This document shows positions 51,753 to 62,141 of a stretch of DNA of 64,000 nucleotides, in pieces. Source of the stretch: Lachnospiraceae bacterium. Lineage in GTDB: Bacteria > Bacillota > Clostridia > Lachnospirales > Lachnospiraceae. The stretch covers positions 849 through 64,848 of the forward strand of contig JAFYHV010000162.1 in NCBI GenBank assembly GCA_017538995.1. Reading direction: 5' to 3'. The position numbers were made by a program, and so were the translations under genes. The notes under the pieces were generated by a model. The model did not search any database. It was not told the DNA's origin and saw nothing but the letters and a program-made list of their open reading frames with translations. Position 1 is the first letter of the stretch. Each line of letters opens with the position of its first letter.

Positions 51753-53519
51753 TTATTCAACGTCCTGAAGTGCATCGAAACCTTCTTCACCGGTACGAAC
51801 CTTTACAACGTTTTCAACGTCATATACAAAGATCTTTCCGTCGCCGATATGTCCGGTATAAAGGACTTTCTTGGCTGTTTCGATTACGTCTCTTACAGGA
51901 ACTGCACTGACTACGATATCTACCTGAATCTTAGGCAGTAAGTTTGCTTCAATCTGTACTCCTCTGTAGTATTCCGGTTTGCCCTTCTGTACGCCGCATC
52001 CTAAAACATGGGATACTGTCATACCGGTAATACCGAGTTTCATCATTGCTGTCTTCAAAGACTCAAACTTAGCTTCTTTACAGATGATCTCAACTTTGGT
52101 GTATTTATGTCCGTCGCCTGAGAATGTGGGCATTTTCTTAACTTCAACAGCTTCTGCAACGGGAGTGTCGCCTGTAACGGCAACAACCGGTTCGCCTTCT
52201 GCGCCTTCTTCGATATATTCGGGTAACATTGCAAATCCTGCATATGCCGAAGGAAGACCATGTTCTGTAGCATCAAGACCAGTTAATTCTTCTTCTCTTG
52301 ATACTCTTAAGCCAACGATGGCTTTGATAATAAAGAATGCGATTGTAATTGTAACTACGGTCCAGCCTGCTACCGATACGAAACCGAGTAACTGGATTCC
52401 TAAAAGCTTAAATCCGCCGCCGTAGAACAAACCTGCCATCTGAACACCGTTTGCATCTGCGATTGAATAACCGGGAGCCGAAGGAGTAGCGAATAAACCT
52501 ACAGCGATTGTACCCCAGATACCGTTCATACAGTGAACTGCTACAGCACCTACGGGATCGTCTATTCTTAAAACATAATCAAGGAACCATACACCGAATA
52601 CTACAAGTAAACCTGATACTGCACCGATGCAGACAGCGCCTGCACAGTCAGTTACATCACAGGGAGCTGTAATTGCTACCAAACCTGCAAGTGATGCGTT
52701 TAAGCACATCGAAACATCGGGTTTCTTATATTTGATCCATGTGAAGATCATACAAACAACCGTTGCAACAGCGGGAGATATGGTTGTTGTAAGGAATATA
52801 GATCCTAACTGAGGAAGGCTTGTTGCAGCCGCACCGTTGAAACCGTACCAGCCGAACCAGAGGATGAATACACCCAGAGCGCCGATTGCGATATTGTGGC
52901 CGGGGAAAGCGTTAACCTTAACGATCTTACCCTTTTCGTCTTTTGTGAATTTACCAATACGTGCACCAAGGATTTTTGCACCGATTAAAGCGGAGATACC
53001 GCCAACCATGTGAATTGCCGTGGAACCTGCAAAATCATGGAAGCCCAGTCCTGCAAGCCAGCCGCCGCCCCAGATCCAGTGAGCTTCGATCGGGTAAATC
53101 AAAGCCGAAATAACAGCTGAATAGATACAATATGATAAGAATTTGGTTCTTTCAGCCATTGCTCCGGAAACGATGGTTGCTGTAGTAGCACAGAATACCA
53201 GGTTGAAAACAAAGGATGAAAAATCAAAATTATCATATGATGTGAAGAGGTCAAATCCGGGTTTACCGATAAATCCGAATAAATCCTCGCCCATGAGCAA
53301 TCCGAAACCGATTGCTATAAATACTACGGTACCGATACAGAAGTCCATCAGGTTTTTCATGATGATATTTCCTGTATTCTTAGCCCTCGTAAAACCTGCT
53401 TCAACCATTGCGAAGCCTGCCTGCATCCAGAATACGAGAGCAGCACCGATAAGGAACCAAACTGAGAACACTTCGTTGGAAACTGCTTCTTTCACTGTCA
53501 TTAATAAAGTCTCATCCAT
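51753..53519 (-). CDS. amt: ammonium transporter fused to a C-terminal P-II (GlnB/GlnK-like) domain
   Basis: The Amt core has AGFAMVEAGF and about 11 TM segments. After a linker come ~110 aa with KVEIICKEAKFESLKTAMMKLGITGMTVSHVLGCGVQKG...GDGKIFVY, a P-II fold pattern. The ATG at 53519 is preferred because the 53528 ATG abuts the AAGGAG RBS. Confidence 0.85.
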   Translation of the reverse strand: MDETLLMTVKEAVSNEVFSVWFLIGAALVFWMQAGFAMVEAGFTRAKNTGNIIMKNLMDFCIGTVVFIAIGFGLLMGEDLFGFIGKPGFDLFTSYDNFDFSSFVFNLVFCATTATIVSGAMAERTKFLSYCIYSAVISALIYPIEAHWIWGGGWLAGLGFHDFAGSTAIHMVGGISALIGAKILGARIGKFTKDEKGKIVKVNAFPGHNIAIGALGVFILWFGWYGFNGAAATSLPQLGSIFLTTTISPAVATVVCMIFTWIKYKKPDVSMCLNASLAGLVAITAPCDVTDCAGAVCIGAVSGLLVVFGVWFLDYVLRIDDPVGAVAVHCMNGIWGTIAVGLFATPSAPGYSIADANGVQMAGLFYGGGFKLLGIQLLGFVSVAGWTVVTITIAFFIIKAIVGLRVSREEELTGLDATEHGLPSAYAGFAMLPEYIEEGAEGEPVVAVTGDTPVAEAVEVKKMPTFSGDGHKYTKVEIICKEAKFESLKTAMMKLGITGMTVSHVLGCGVQKGKPEYYRGVQIEANLLPKIQVDIVVSAVPVRDVIETAKKVLYTGHIGDGKIFVYDVENVVKVRTGEEGFDALQDVE

Positions 53520-53580
53520 ATTATTCATCTCCTTTGTAGTGATTTAACGAAGCAACCCCCCAATAAGTGTTCGTTAATTT

Positions 53581-55674
53581 TTATACTCCGAATAATAAAT
53601 CCGCATATGACGGGAACGGCCAGTATTCTTTGGATGTAAGTGTTTCAGCTTCATCACAAAGGGCTCTTAATTCCGCCATCTTGGGAAGAATCTTATCGCG
53701 AATCATACCGGATTCTTCGATAATGTCGCCTGCATTTGAAAGTGCAGCGATTTCATCCTTAAGTTCATCTGTCTTTGTATATGCTGCATCTGTAATAGCA
53801 GATAATTTCTTAACAAGACTGAGTTCGTATGAATCAGGAATGGAAGAACCGATGCTCTGCTTTAATGCAACTCTCTGAGCAAGGTCTCCGACATATTTGT
53901 CGATTGCGGGAGCAATCTGTGTCTTTGACATAACAACCATTGTATTAGCTTCGATTGTTACGCTCTTGCAGTAGTTCTCGAGCATGATTTCGCATCTTGA
54001 TTCAAGCTCTGCCTTGGAGAATACTCCGTGTTTTGTAAGCATTGTGACGTTCTTCTCATCAAGAAGGTGAGGCATACAGTCGGGTGTTGTCTTGTAGTTT
54101 GAAAGACCTCTTACTTCTGTAGCTTCTTTTACCCAGGCATCGTCATAACCGTTGCCGTTAAAGATAATTCTTTTATGAGCTTTAATAGTCTCTTTGATAA
54201 GAGCATGAAGATCATTTTCAAAATCTGATGATGCTTCAAGTTTGTCTGCGAAAATCTGAAGTGATTCTGCAACAGCTGAGTTAAGCATGATGTTTGCACA
54301 TGCGATACTGTTGGAAGAACCGAGGCTTCTGAATTCGAATTTATTGCCTGTAAATGCGAAAGGTGATGTACGGTTTCTATCCGTTGTATCCTTGCTGATA
54401 GGAGGAAGGATATCTACACCGAGCTGCATTTTCTGCTTAATCATATCTGTGTAAGGCTTGTCATTTTCGATGGCATCGAGTACTGCGTTGAGTTCGTCGC
54501 CAAGGAACATTGAGATGATTGCGGGAGGTGCCTCATTAGCGCCTAATCTGTGGTCGTTACCTGCGGTAGCAACTGCAAGTCTTAAAAGATCCTGATAATC
54601 ATCAACTGCCTTAATTACTGCACAAAGGAATAAAAGGAACTGTGCATTTTCATAAGGTGTAGCACCGGGTGACAGGAGGTTCTGTCCGAGGTTTGTGGAC
54701 ATTGACCAGTTGTTGTGCTTACCTGAACCGTTAACTCCTGCGAAAGGTTTCTCATGAAGGAGGCATACGAGACCGTGCTTAAGTGCTGTCTTCTGCATGA
54801 TTTCCATTGTTAACTGGTTGTGGTCTGTAGCGATATTTGTTGTCTCGTAGATAGGAGCAAGTTCATGCTGTGCGGGAGCAACTTCGTTATGTTCTGTCTT
54901 TGCGAAGATACCGAGTTTCCAGAGTTCTTCGTTAAGATCTTCCATGTATGCCGCAACTCTGGGTTTGATAACACCGAAGTAATGGTCATCCATTTCCTGA
55001 CCCTTGGGTGATTTGGAACCAAAGAGTGTTCTGCCTGTCATCTTAAGGTCGAGACGTTTGTCGTACATTTCTTTGGTTACAAGGAAGTATTCCTGCTCAG
55101 GACCAACCGATGTACGTACGTTTTTAACCTGATCGTTACCGAATAATTTAAGAATTCTCAAGCACTGCTTATTCAAAGCTTCCATGGAACGAAGAAGAGG
55201 AGTCTTCTTATCAAGTGCATGTCCGCTGTAAGAACAGAATGCTGTGGGAATACATAATGTTTTTCCTTTGATAAATGCGTAGGATGAAGGATCCCAGGCT
55301 GTGTAACCTCTTGCTTCGAAGGTTGCACGTAGGCCGCCTGAAGGGAAAGAAGATGCATCGGGTTCGCCCTTTATCAGTTCTTTTCCGGAGAATTCCATCA
55401 GCACGCCGCCGTCGGGAGCGGGAGAGATGAAGCTGTCATGCTTTTCAGCTGTAACACCAGTCATAGGCTGGAACCAGTGAGTATAATGTGTAGCTCCTTT
55501 TGCAACTGCCCATTCCTTCATAGCCTGAGCAACTACGTCTGCAACGCTCGGATCAAGAGGAGTGTCCTCGTCGATTGTTTTCTTTAATGATGCAAATACC
55601 TTTGCCGGAAGTACGGCTTTCATTGTTCTCTCGTCAAATACGAGACTTCCGAAAATATCATTAATCTGTGCCAT
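53581..55674 (-). CDS. glnN: type III glutamine synthetase
   Basis: 697 aa. It has a GSIII-type N-terminal extension and the NGSGKHNNWS motif. Confidence 0.9.
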   Translation of the reverse strand: MAQINDIFGSLVFDERTMKAVLPAKVFASLKKTIDEDTPLDPSVADVVAQAMKEWAVAKGATHYTHWFQPMTGVTAEKHDSFISPAPDGGVLMEFSGKELIKGEPDASSFPSGGLRATFEARGYTAWDPSSYAFIKGKTLCIPTAFCSYSGHALDKKTPLLRSMEALNKQCLRILKLFGNDQVKNVRTSVGPEQEYFLVTKEMYDKRLDLKMTGRTLFGSKSPKGQEMDDHYFGVIKPRVAAYMEDLNEELWKLGIFAKTEHNEVAPAQHELAPIYETTNIATDHNQLTMEIMQKTALKHGLVCLLHEKPFAGVNGSGKHNNWSMSTNLGQNLLSPGATPYENAQFLLFLCAVIKAVDDYQDLLRLAVATAGNDHRLGANEAPPAIISMFLGDELNAVLDAIENDKPYTDMIKQKMQLGVDILPPISKDTTDRNRTSPFAFTGNKFEFRSLGSSNSIACANIMLNSAVAESLQIFADKLEASSDFENDLHALIKETIKAHKRIIFNGNGYDDAWVKEATEVRGLSNYKTTPDCMPHLLDEKNVTMLTKHGVFSKAELESRCEIMLENYCKSVTIEANTMVVMSKTQIAPAIDKYVGDLAQRVALKQSIGSSIPDSYELSLVKKLSAITDAAYTKTDELKDEIAALSNAGDIIEESGMIRDKILPKMAELRALCDEAETLTSKEYWPFPSYADLLFGV

Positions 55675-55757
55675 ATTTATATTCCTCCGTTTTATTATTT
55701 TTGTTTTTATTTTTAATATTTTGAATACTTTTTATTTGGGATTTTTTATTATAGGGT

Positions 55758-55807
55758 AAAAGAAAAGACGCCTTAAATGTTTTAAACACTTAAGACGTCT
55801 TTGCCTT
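55758..55807 (-). promoter_or_regulatory. hexaloop hairpin plus intrinsic terminator between gdhA and glnN
   Basis: The RNA forms AAGGC-AAAGAC-GUCUU (55792-55807). A 15-bp hairpin AGACGUCUUAAGUGU / ACAUUUAAGGCGUCU is followed by UUUCUUUU (55758-55800). Confidence 0.6.
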
Positions 55808-55840
55808 TTATAATGGGTATATTATTTTTTTATTTATCGA

Positions 55841-57202
<1,362 letters not shown>

Positions 57203-57219
57203 TTAAAAATCTTGTGCAT

Positions 57220-57282
57220 AAAAGAAAAAGAGCCTTTAATGGATAAAGTAATACCACTTCCATTAAAGACGCCATTGCCTTT
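57220..57282 (-). promoter_or_regulatory. leader attenuator of gdhA: hexaloop hairpin overlapping an intrinsic terminator
   Basis: The RNA forms AAAGGC-AAUGGC-GUCUUU (57265-57282), identical to the purA copy. The terminator GUCUUUAAUGGA / UCCAUUAAAGGC is followed by UCUUUUUCUUUU (57220-57270). Confidence 0.65.
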
Positions 57283-57346
57283 ATCACATAATTTAATTGA
57301 CTATTTTTTGGAAAGGACTGTAAGTCGCTTTCGCTTCATGCATTGA

Positions 57347-57375
57347 ATACTACATCAGCAATTTTTGTTTGTCAA
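57347..57375 (-). promoter_or_regulatory. candidate sigma-A promoter of gdhA
   Basis: On the minus strand: TTGACA (57370-57375), a 17 nt spacer, then TAGTAT (57347-57352). Confidence 0.5.
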
Positions 57376-57420
57376 CACTTTTTTTGCAAAAAATATTTTC
57401 GAAAAAACCGAGTCGAATCC

Positions 57421-58071
57421 TTAGAATATGAATGTAGTGGTGTAAAGAGCCAGAACAAGTCCGGCCATTATTATGATAATTCCGATGACGGGAAAAATTT
57501 TTTCAGGCCCGGTAAGTTCACTGACCTGTTTGTTTCTGGTTGCAGGATTGGCAATCATTAAAACAATGCCGAGTAAGATGCAGAATGTTGCAACAATACA
57601 TAAAACAGACTGGAAACCGACGGTACAGTCTATCATTAAATACTGATCCGTATAACTTTTATAAAAGCCTTCGTAAGTTTTGGCATCCACGCTGTCGCCG
57701 AAAGTTCTGGAAACAGTAGTATCAACCGAGCGTACTTTTCCTTTTATAAGAACGGGAGTATTTTTGGATTTAAGACTTTTTGAAGCTCTTACAAAATAGA
57801 CAGCATTATTTTCATTGTCAGTTGCCGCATAGTAATATTCTTTTCCGGTCGGAATAAAACCGTAAGAGTTTGTTACTTCTCCGATATATGTAATATCATC
57901 TATTTCAATCTGAACATACTCGCCTTTATTTACAATTCTTTCTGCATCTTTTAGGGGAATGATTCCTGTGTAATGAATAATATTAAGAAACGCATTTATG
58001 ACATACGCCAGAAGGCCACCGCCGATTAAAATTATTGAAAGTATTGTCGAAACTATTTTTTTCTTTTCCAT
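57421..58071 (-). CDS. hypothetical membrane protein
   Basis: About 216 aa from the ATG at 58071 (GGGG RBS). One N-terminal TM, a soluble middle region, and two C-terminal TM segments. I recognise no family motif. Confidence 0.5.
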   Translation of the reverse strand: MEKKKIVSTILSIILIGGGLLAYVINAFLNIIHYTGIIPLKDAERIVNKGEYVQIEIDDITYIGEVTNSYGFIPTGKEYYYAATDNENNAVYFVRASKSLKSKNTPVLIKGKVRSVDTTVSRTFGDSVDAKTYEGFYKSYTDQYLMIDCTVGFQSVLCIVATFCILLGIVLMIANPATRNKQVSELTGPEKIFPVIGIIIIMAGLVLALYTTTFIF

Positions 58072-58310
58072 ATTTTTCCCCTTAAAAACAAAAAGCATTT
58101 TTGATGCGTTTGAAAAAATTTTCCCCTTTTACAGAAAAACAAACTCACAAAAATGTCTCTTTTATAATACAGTCTTTGTAAAAATATCTCAATGCTTTTT
58201 AAGAAATTTTTTTATTTCACCGACATATCGTGCGAATGCTTGACACTGCACCGAATAAATCAATATACTCAAATTGTATGAGGTGGTTATTTTATTGAAA
58301 GTGAATACTG

Positions 58311-58949
58311 ATGAAAAAAACTGATAATACAAAAAAATCAAAAATTTTATTTATCGGATTGCCGGTTCTTATAATTATTTTAATTGCATTGATTATCGTT
58401 AATTATTTTATCCTTCCGCCGAAAACTTCGGATAATGCAGCAAAGTATAAGTATTACGGTTATAATTTTTTACAGCTCAAATCCATCACTGATGATGAGG
58501 ATAAGGTGATAATAGAATTCGGTTCATTGAATTTCAATTTTAATTATTTCTTCAACAGAAATAAAATCGAATCTTCAGGTAACGATTTTGAATTTATCAG
58601 ATGGATTGGAAATTTTGACCCGTATTCCAATACAGAATCTTTTCCGGATTATTACATAATTTCAACACTGACATCCAATTATATGGTTATATCCAAAAGT
58701 CCGGAAATGAAAACCAAAGATTTATATAGCTTTAATTATGATATGGAATATCAGGATGTTACAATTCAATTGCGATTCTTCGAAAAATATGAAAACGCCC
58801 AAATATATATGAGCAAAGATTATATTAAAAACAATGAGATAAAAAAAACGGAGCAAAAAAAACAAGCTTATAACAGTTATGATAAAGAATGGAATTCTAT
58901 AGAAAAATATACTATTTATAATGGCGTTACCATAACTACCGAAGAATAA
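58311..58949 (+). CDS. hypothetical membrane-anchored protein, very AT-rich gene
   Basis: 212 aa. N-terminal TM (ILFIGLPVLIIILIALIIV), then an Asn/Lys/Tyr-rich domain. I recognise no motif. Confidence 0.45.
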   Translation: MKKTDNTKKSKILFIGLPVLIIILIALIIVNYFILPPKTSDNAAKYKYYGYNFLQLKSITDDEDKVIIEFGSLNFNFNYFFNRNKIESSGNDFEFIRWIGNFDPYSNTESFPDYYIISTLTSNYMVISKSPEMKTKDLYSFNYDMEYQDVTIQLRFFEKYENAQIYMSKDYIKNNEIKKTEQKKQAYNSYDKEWNSIEKYTIYNGVTITTEE

Positions 58950-58979
58950 TTTTTTCTTCAAAAAATAAAAATTTTTTTC

Positions 58980-59009
58980 TTGACAAGAAAATATTTGTGG
59001 GTGTATAGT
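58980..59009 (+). promoter_or_regulatory. sigma-A promoter of the glutamate synthase operon
   Basis: TTGACA (58980-58985), an 18 nt spacer, then TATAGT (59004-59009). Confidence 0.55.
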
Positions 59010-59015
59010 ACTCGC

Positions 59016-59074
59016 AAATGAGCAAAGGTGTTCGTTTAAACACACAGTGTTTGAATGAGCGCCTTTTTCTTTTT
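59016..59074 (+). promoter_or_regulatory. leader attenuator of the glutamate synthase operon: hexaloop hairpin overlapping an intrinsic terminator
   Basis: AAAUGAGC-AAAGGU-GUUCGUUU (59016-59037). A 20-bp alternative hairpin AAAGGUGUUCGUUUAAACAC / GUGUUUGAAUGAGCGCCUUU has only G-U wobbles as deviations, and is followed by UUUUUCUUUUU (to 59074). Confidence 0.65.
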
Positions 59075-59103
59075 GTTACAAAAATGAAAGGAAGATTTTT
59101 GTT

Positions 59104-60198
59104 ATGAGAATGGAAGGTGAAGTCAGAATTCCGTCCGGTTGTGCTATTGCGGCCGTTATCTCAAAAGACGGAAATAAAATGTCCGGCCAGAAAATATACG
59201 AGTGCATGAAACCCATGCATGATCGTTCCAACGGTCTCGGCGGTGGTTTTGCGGGCTACGGAATCTATCCGGACTATAAAGATTTTTATGCATTTCATAT
59301 GTTCTTCGATGACAGAAATACAAGAAAGTCATGCGAAGAATTTCTGAAGGAAAGATTTGAAATCGTCAAATCGGAAATCATTCCCACAAGAAAAATTCCG
59401 GCTATTACAAATGAACCGGACATATGGAGATATTTTGTCGCTCCGCTTAAAAGCCAGATGGAAAAAATGCAGGTCGACGAAAAGGAATTTGTTGCGAGAA
59501 GCGTAATGAAAATAAACACCGAAATGAAAGGTGCTTACGTTTTTTCTAGCGGCAAAAACATGGGCGCATTCAAGGCTGTTGGTTTCCCTGAAGACGTCGG
59601 AGTATTTTACAGACTCGAAGAATACGAAGGATATTCATGGACCGCACACGGCAGATATCCTACCAACACTCCCGGCTGGTGGGGCGGCGCACATCCTTTT
59701 ACACTGCTTGATTATTCAATAGTTCATAACGGCGAAATTTCTTCCTATGACGCGAACAGAAGATTTATTGAAATGTTCGGATATAAATGTAACCTCCAGA
59801 CCGATACCGAGGTAATTACATATATTATGGATTATCTTATAAGAGTTAAAGGTCTTACTTTAAATGAAGCTGCAAGCGTTATTGCAGCGCCTTTCTGGAG
59901 CACTATTGAAGGCAAGGAAAACATCGAAGAAAAAGAAAAACTTACATTCTTAAGAACAGTATTTCCTTCGCTCCTTGTAACAGGTCCGTTCTCAATTGTA
60001 TTCGGATTTAACGGCGGTCTCATGGCTCTTAACGACAGACTTAAATTAAGATCCATGGTTATCGGCGAAAAGGACGATAAGGTTTATATCGCCAGTGAAG
60101 AAGCAGCCATCAGATCCATGGAACCCGATGCGGAAAACATCTGGGCACCCGCAGGCGGCGAACCTGTAATTATTAAAGTAAAGGAGGGTGCATACTAA
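59104..60198 (+). CDS. glutamate synthase, class II glutamine amidotransferase subunit (GltB domain 1-like)
   Basis: The Ntn-type Cys lies in IPSGCAIAAV after a short propeptide. The pattern HGRYPTN..HNGEISSY is typical of archaeal-type split GltS. Confidence 0.8.
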   Translation: MRMEGEVRIPSGCAIAAVISKDGNKMSGQKIYECMKPMHDRSNGLGGGFAGYGIYPDYKDFYAFHMFFDDRNTRKSCEEFLKERFEIVKSEIIPTRKIPAITNEPDIWRYFVAPLKSQMEKMQVDEKEFVARSVMKINTEMKGAYVFSSGKNMGAFKAVGFPEDVGVFYRLEEYEGYSWTAHGRYPTNTPGWWGGAHPFTLLDYSIVHNGEISSYDANRRFIEMFGYKCNLQTDTEVITYIMDYLIRVKGLTLNEAASVIAAPFWSTIEGKENIEEKEKLTFLRTVFPSLLVTGPFSIVFGFNGGLMALNDRLKLRSMVIGEKDDKVYIASEEAAIRSMEPDAENIWAPAGGEPVIIKVKEGAY

Positions 60199-61703
60199 TG
60201 AGTATCAGATATGTATATCCTGAATTCGAAGTGGTACGAAACGAAAACCGATGCATCACCTGCAGGGTTTGCGAAAGACAGTGTGCCAACGAAGTTCATT
60301 CATATAATGAAGACAAAAAAGTAATGATAAGCGACGAAACAAAATGCGTCAATTGTCAGAGATGCGTATCGCTTTGTCCGACCAGAGCATTAAAGATAGT
60401 AAAGAGCGACTGCACTTTAAGAGAAAACGCCAACTGGCAGAACGATACCATAAAAGAAATATACAAACAGGCAGGAAGCGGCGGTGTGCTTCTTTCATCA
60501 ATGGGTAATCCCAAGCCCCTTCCCGTTTACTGGGACAAGATTTTAATTAATGCTTCCCAGGTTACAAACCCGCCCATCGATCCCTTAAGAGAGCCGATGG
60601 AAACAAGAGTATTCTTAGGTAAGAAAAATGCAGGTTTAGAGAGAGACGAGAATGGGAATCTTAAATGTGAATTATCTCCCCAGCTAGAACTTGCAATGCC
60701 TGTAATGTTCTCGGCTATGAGCTACGGTTCCATAAGCTACAACGCACATGCATCACTTGCAAGAGCAGCTACGGAGCTCGGAATCCTTTATAACACAGGT
60801 GAAGGCGGACTACACGAAGATTTCTATGTATACGGTCCCAACACTATAGTTCAGGTTGCATCAGGTAGATTCGGTGTACATGAGGATTATCTTGAAGCAG
60901 GCGCAGCTATAGAAATCAAGATGGGCCAGGGCGCAAAGCCCGGTATCGGCGGACATTTGCCCGGTGCCAAAATTGTCGGAGATGTATCGAGAACACGTAT
61001 GATTCCCGAAGGAAGCGATGCGATTTCTCCCGCTCCTCATCATGATATTTATTCAATCGAAGATTTAAGACAGCTTGTCTTTTCACTTAAAGAAGCTACC
61101 GATTATAAGAAACCCGTCATCGTAAAAGTAGCAGCGGTTCACAATATCGCAGCTATCGCAAGCGGTATCGCACGAAGCGGTGCAGATATCATTGCAATTG
61201 ACGGTTTCAGAGGCGGTACGGGCGCAGCTCCCACCAGAATCAGAGATAACGTTGGTATTCCTATTGAACTTGCACTTGCAAGTGTTGATCAGAGACTTCG
61301 TGACGAAGGTATCAGAAACAATGTTTCACTGGTTGTAGGCGGTTCAATAAGAAGCGCTTCGGACGTAATCAAAGCCATCGCACTCGGTGCAGATGCTTGC
61401 TACGTTGCAACTGCAGCTTTACTTGCACTCGGCTGTCACTTATGCCGTACATGTCAGAGCGGTAAATGTAACTGGGGTATCGCAACACAGCGTCCCGACC
61501 TTGTAAAGAGACTCAATCCGGATATCGGAAGCGAAAGACTTGTAAACCTTATGACTGCATGGCGTCATGAAATCATGGAGCTTATGGGCGGTATGGGTAT
61601 TAACTCTATCGAAGCACTTAAGGGCAACCGTCTGATGCTTCGCGGAGTAGGTCTTAACGAAAAAGAACTTGAAATCTTAGGCATTTCACATGCAGGAGAA
61701 TAA
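60198..61703 (+). CDS. glutamate synthase FMN/Fe-S subunit (GltB domain 2-like) with an N-terminal 2x[4Fe-4S] ferredoxin module
   Basis: CITCRVCERQC and CVNCQRCVSLCP motifs, then the GltS FMN domain (GEGG, KMGQGAKPGIGGHLPG, HHDIYSIEDL, DGFRGGTGAAP). TAATG overlap with the upstream gene. Confidence 0.88.
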   Translation: MSIRYVYPEFEVVRNENRCITCRVCERQCANEVHSYNEDKKVMISDETKCVNCQRCVSLCPTRALKIVKSDCTLRENANWQNDTIKEIYKQAGSGGVLLSSMGNPKPLPVYWDKILINASQVTNPPIDPLREPMETRVFLGKKNAGLERDENGNLKCELSPQLELAMPVMFSAMSYGSISYNAHASLARAATELGILYNTGEGGLHEDFYVYGPNTIVQVASGRFGVHEDYLEAGAAIEIKMGQGAKPGIGGHLPGAKIVGDVSRTRMIPEGSDAISPAPHHDIYSIEDLRQLVFSLKEATDYKKPVIVKVAAVHNIAAIASGIARSGADIIAIDGFRGGTGAAPTRIRDNVGIPIELALASVDQRLRDEGIRNNVSLVVGGSIRSASDVIKAIALGADACYVATAALLALGCHLCRTCQSGKCNWGIATQRPDLVKRLNPDIGSERLVNLMTAWRHEIMELMGGMGINSIEALKGNRLMLRGVGLNEKELEILGISHAGE

Positions 61704-61705
61704 TA

Positions 61706-62137
61706 ATGAAAAGAGTATATGTTAACGAAGAATGGTGTCTCGGATGTCACCTTTGCGAATATAACTGTGCATTTGCCAATTCAGGCTTAAGCGACATGGC
61801 AGAAGCACTCAAAGGAAAACAGATTTATCCCAGAATCCATGTCGAAGGCGATGAAAAAATTTCATACGGTGTATCCTGTCGTCACTGCGAAGATCCTATG
61901 TGCGTTAAGAGCTGTATAGCAGGCGCAATCAGCAAAGTTGACGGCGTGGTACAGATCGACAGAAGCAAATGTGTCGGATGCCTTACATGCGTTCTGGTAT
62001 GTCCTTACGGAGCACTTGCACCTTCGAAGGAAGGCACAATGCAGAAATGCGAACTCTGCCTCAAGAATTCCTGCGGAGAGCCCGCATGCGTAATAGGATG
62101 TCCAAACAAGGCCATAGTATATGAGGAAAGAGACTAA
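61706..62137 (+). CDS. 4Fe-4S dicluster ferredoxin-like protein
   Basis: 143 aa with several CxxCxxCxxxCP-like motifs (CLGCHLCEYNC, CVGCLTCVLVCP). Confidence 0.8.
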   Translation: MKRVYVNEEWCLGCHLCEYNCAFANSGLSDMAEALKGKQIYPRIHVEGDEKISYGVSCRHCEDPMCVKSCIAGAISKVDGVVQIDRSKCVGCLTCVLVCPYGALAPSKEGTMQKCELCLKNSCGEPACVIGCPNKAIVYEERD

Positions 62138-62141
62138 GATT

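Noticed and set aside
57290-57345. A second, upstream ANTAR-style hairpin in the gdhA leader (AAGCG-AAAG-CGACUU region, about 57315-57332).
   Set aside because: It folds as a bulged stem with a tetraloop, not an A1/G4 hexaloop. It sits about 40 nt from the conserved hairpin. Nothing equivalent exists in the purA or glt leaders.
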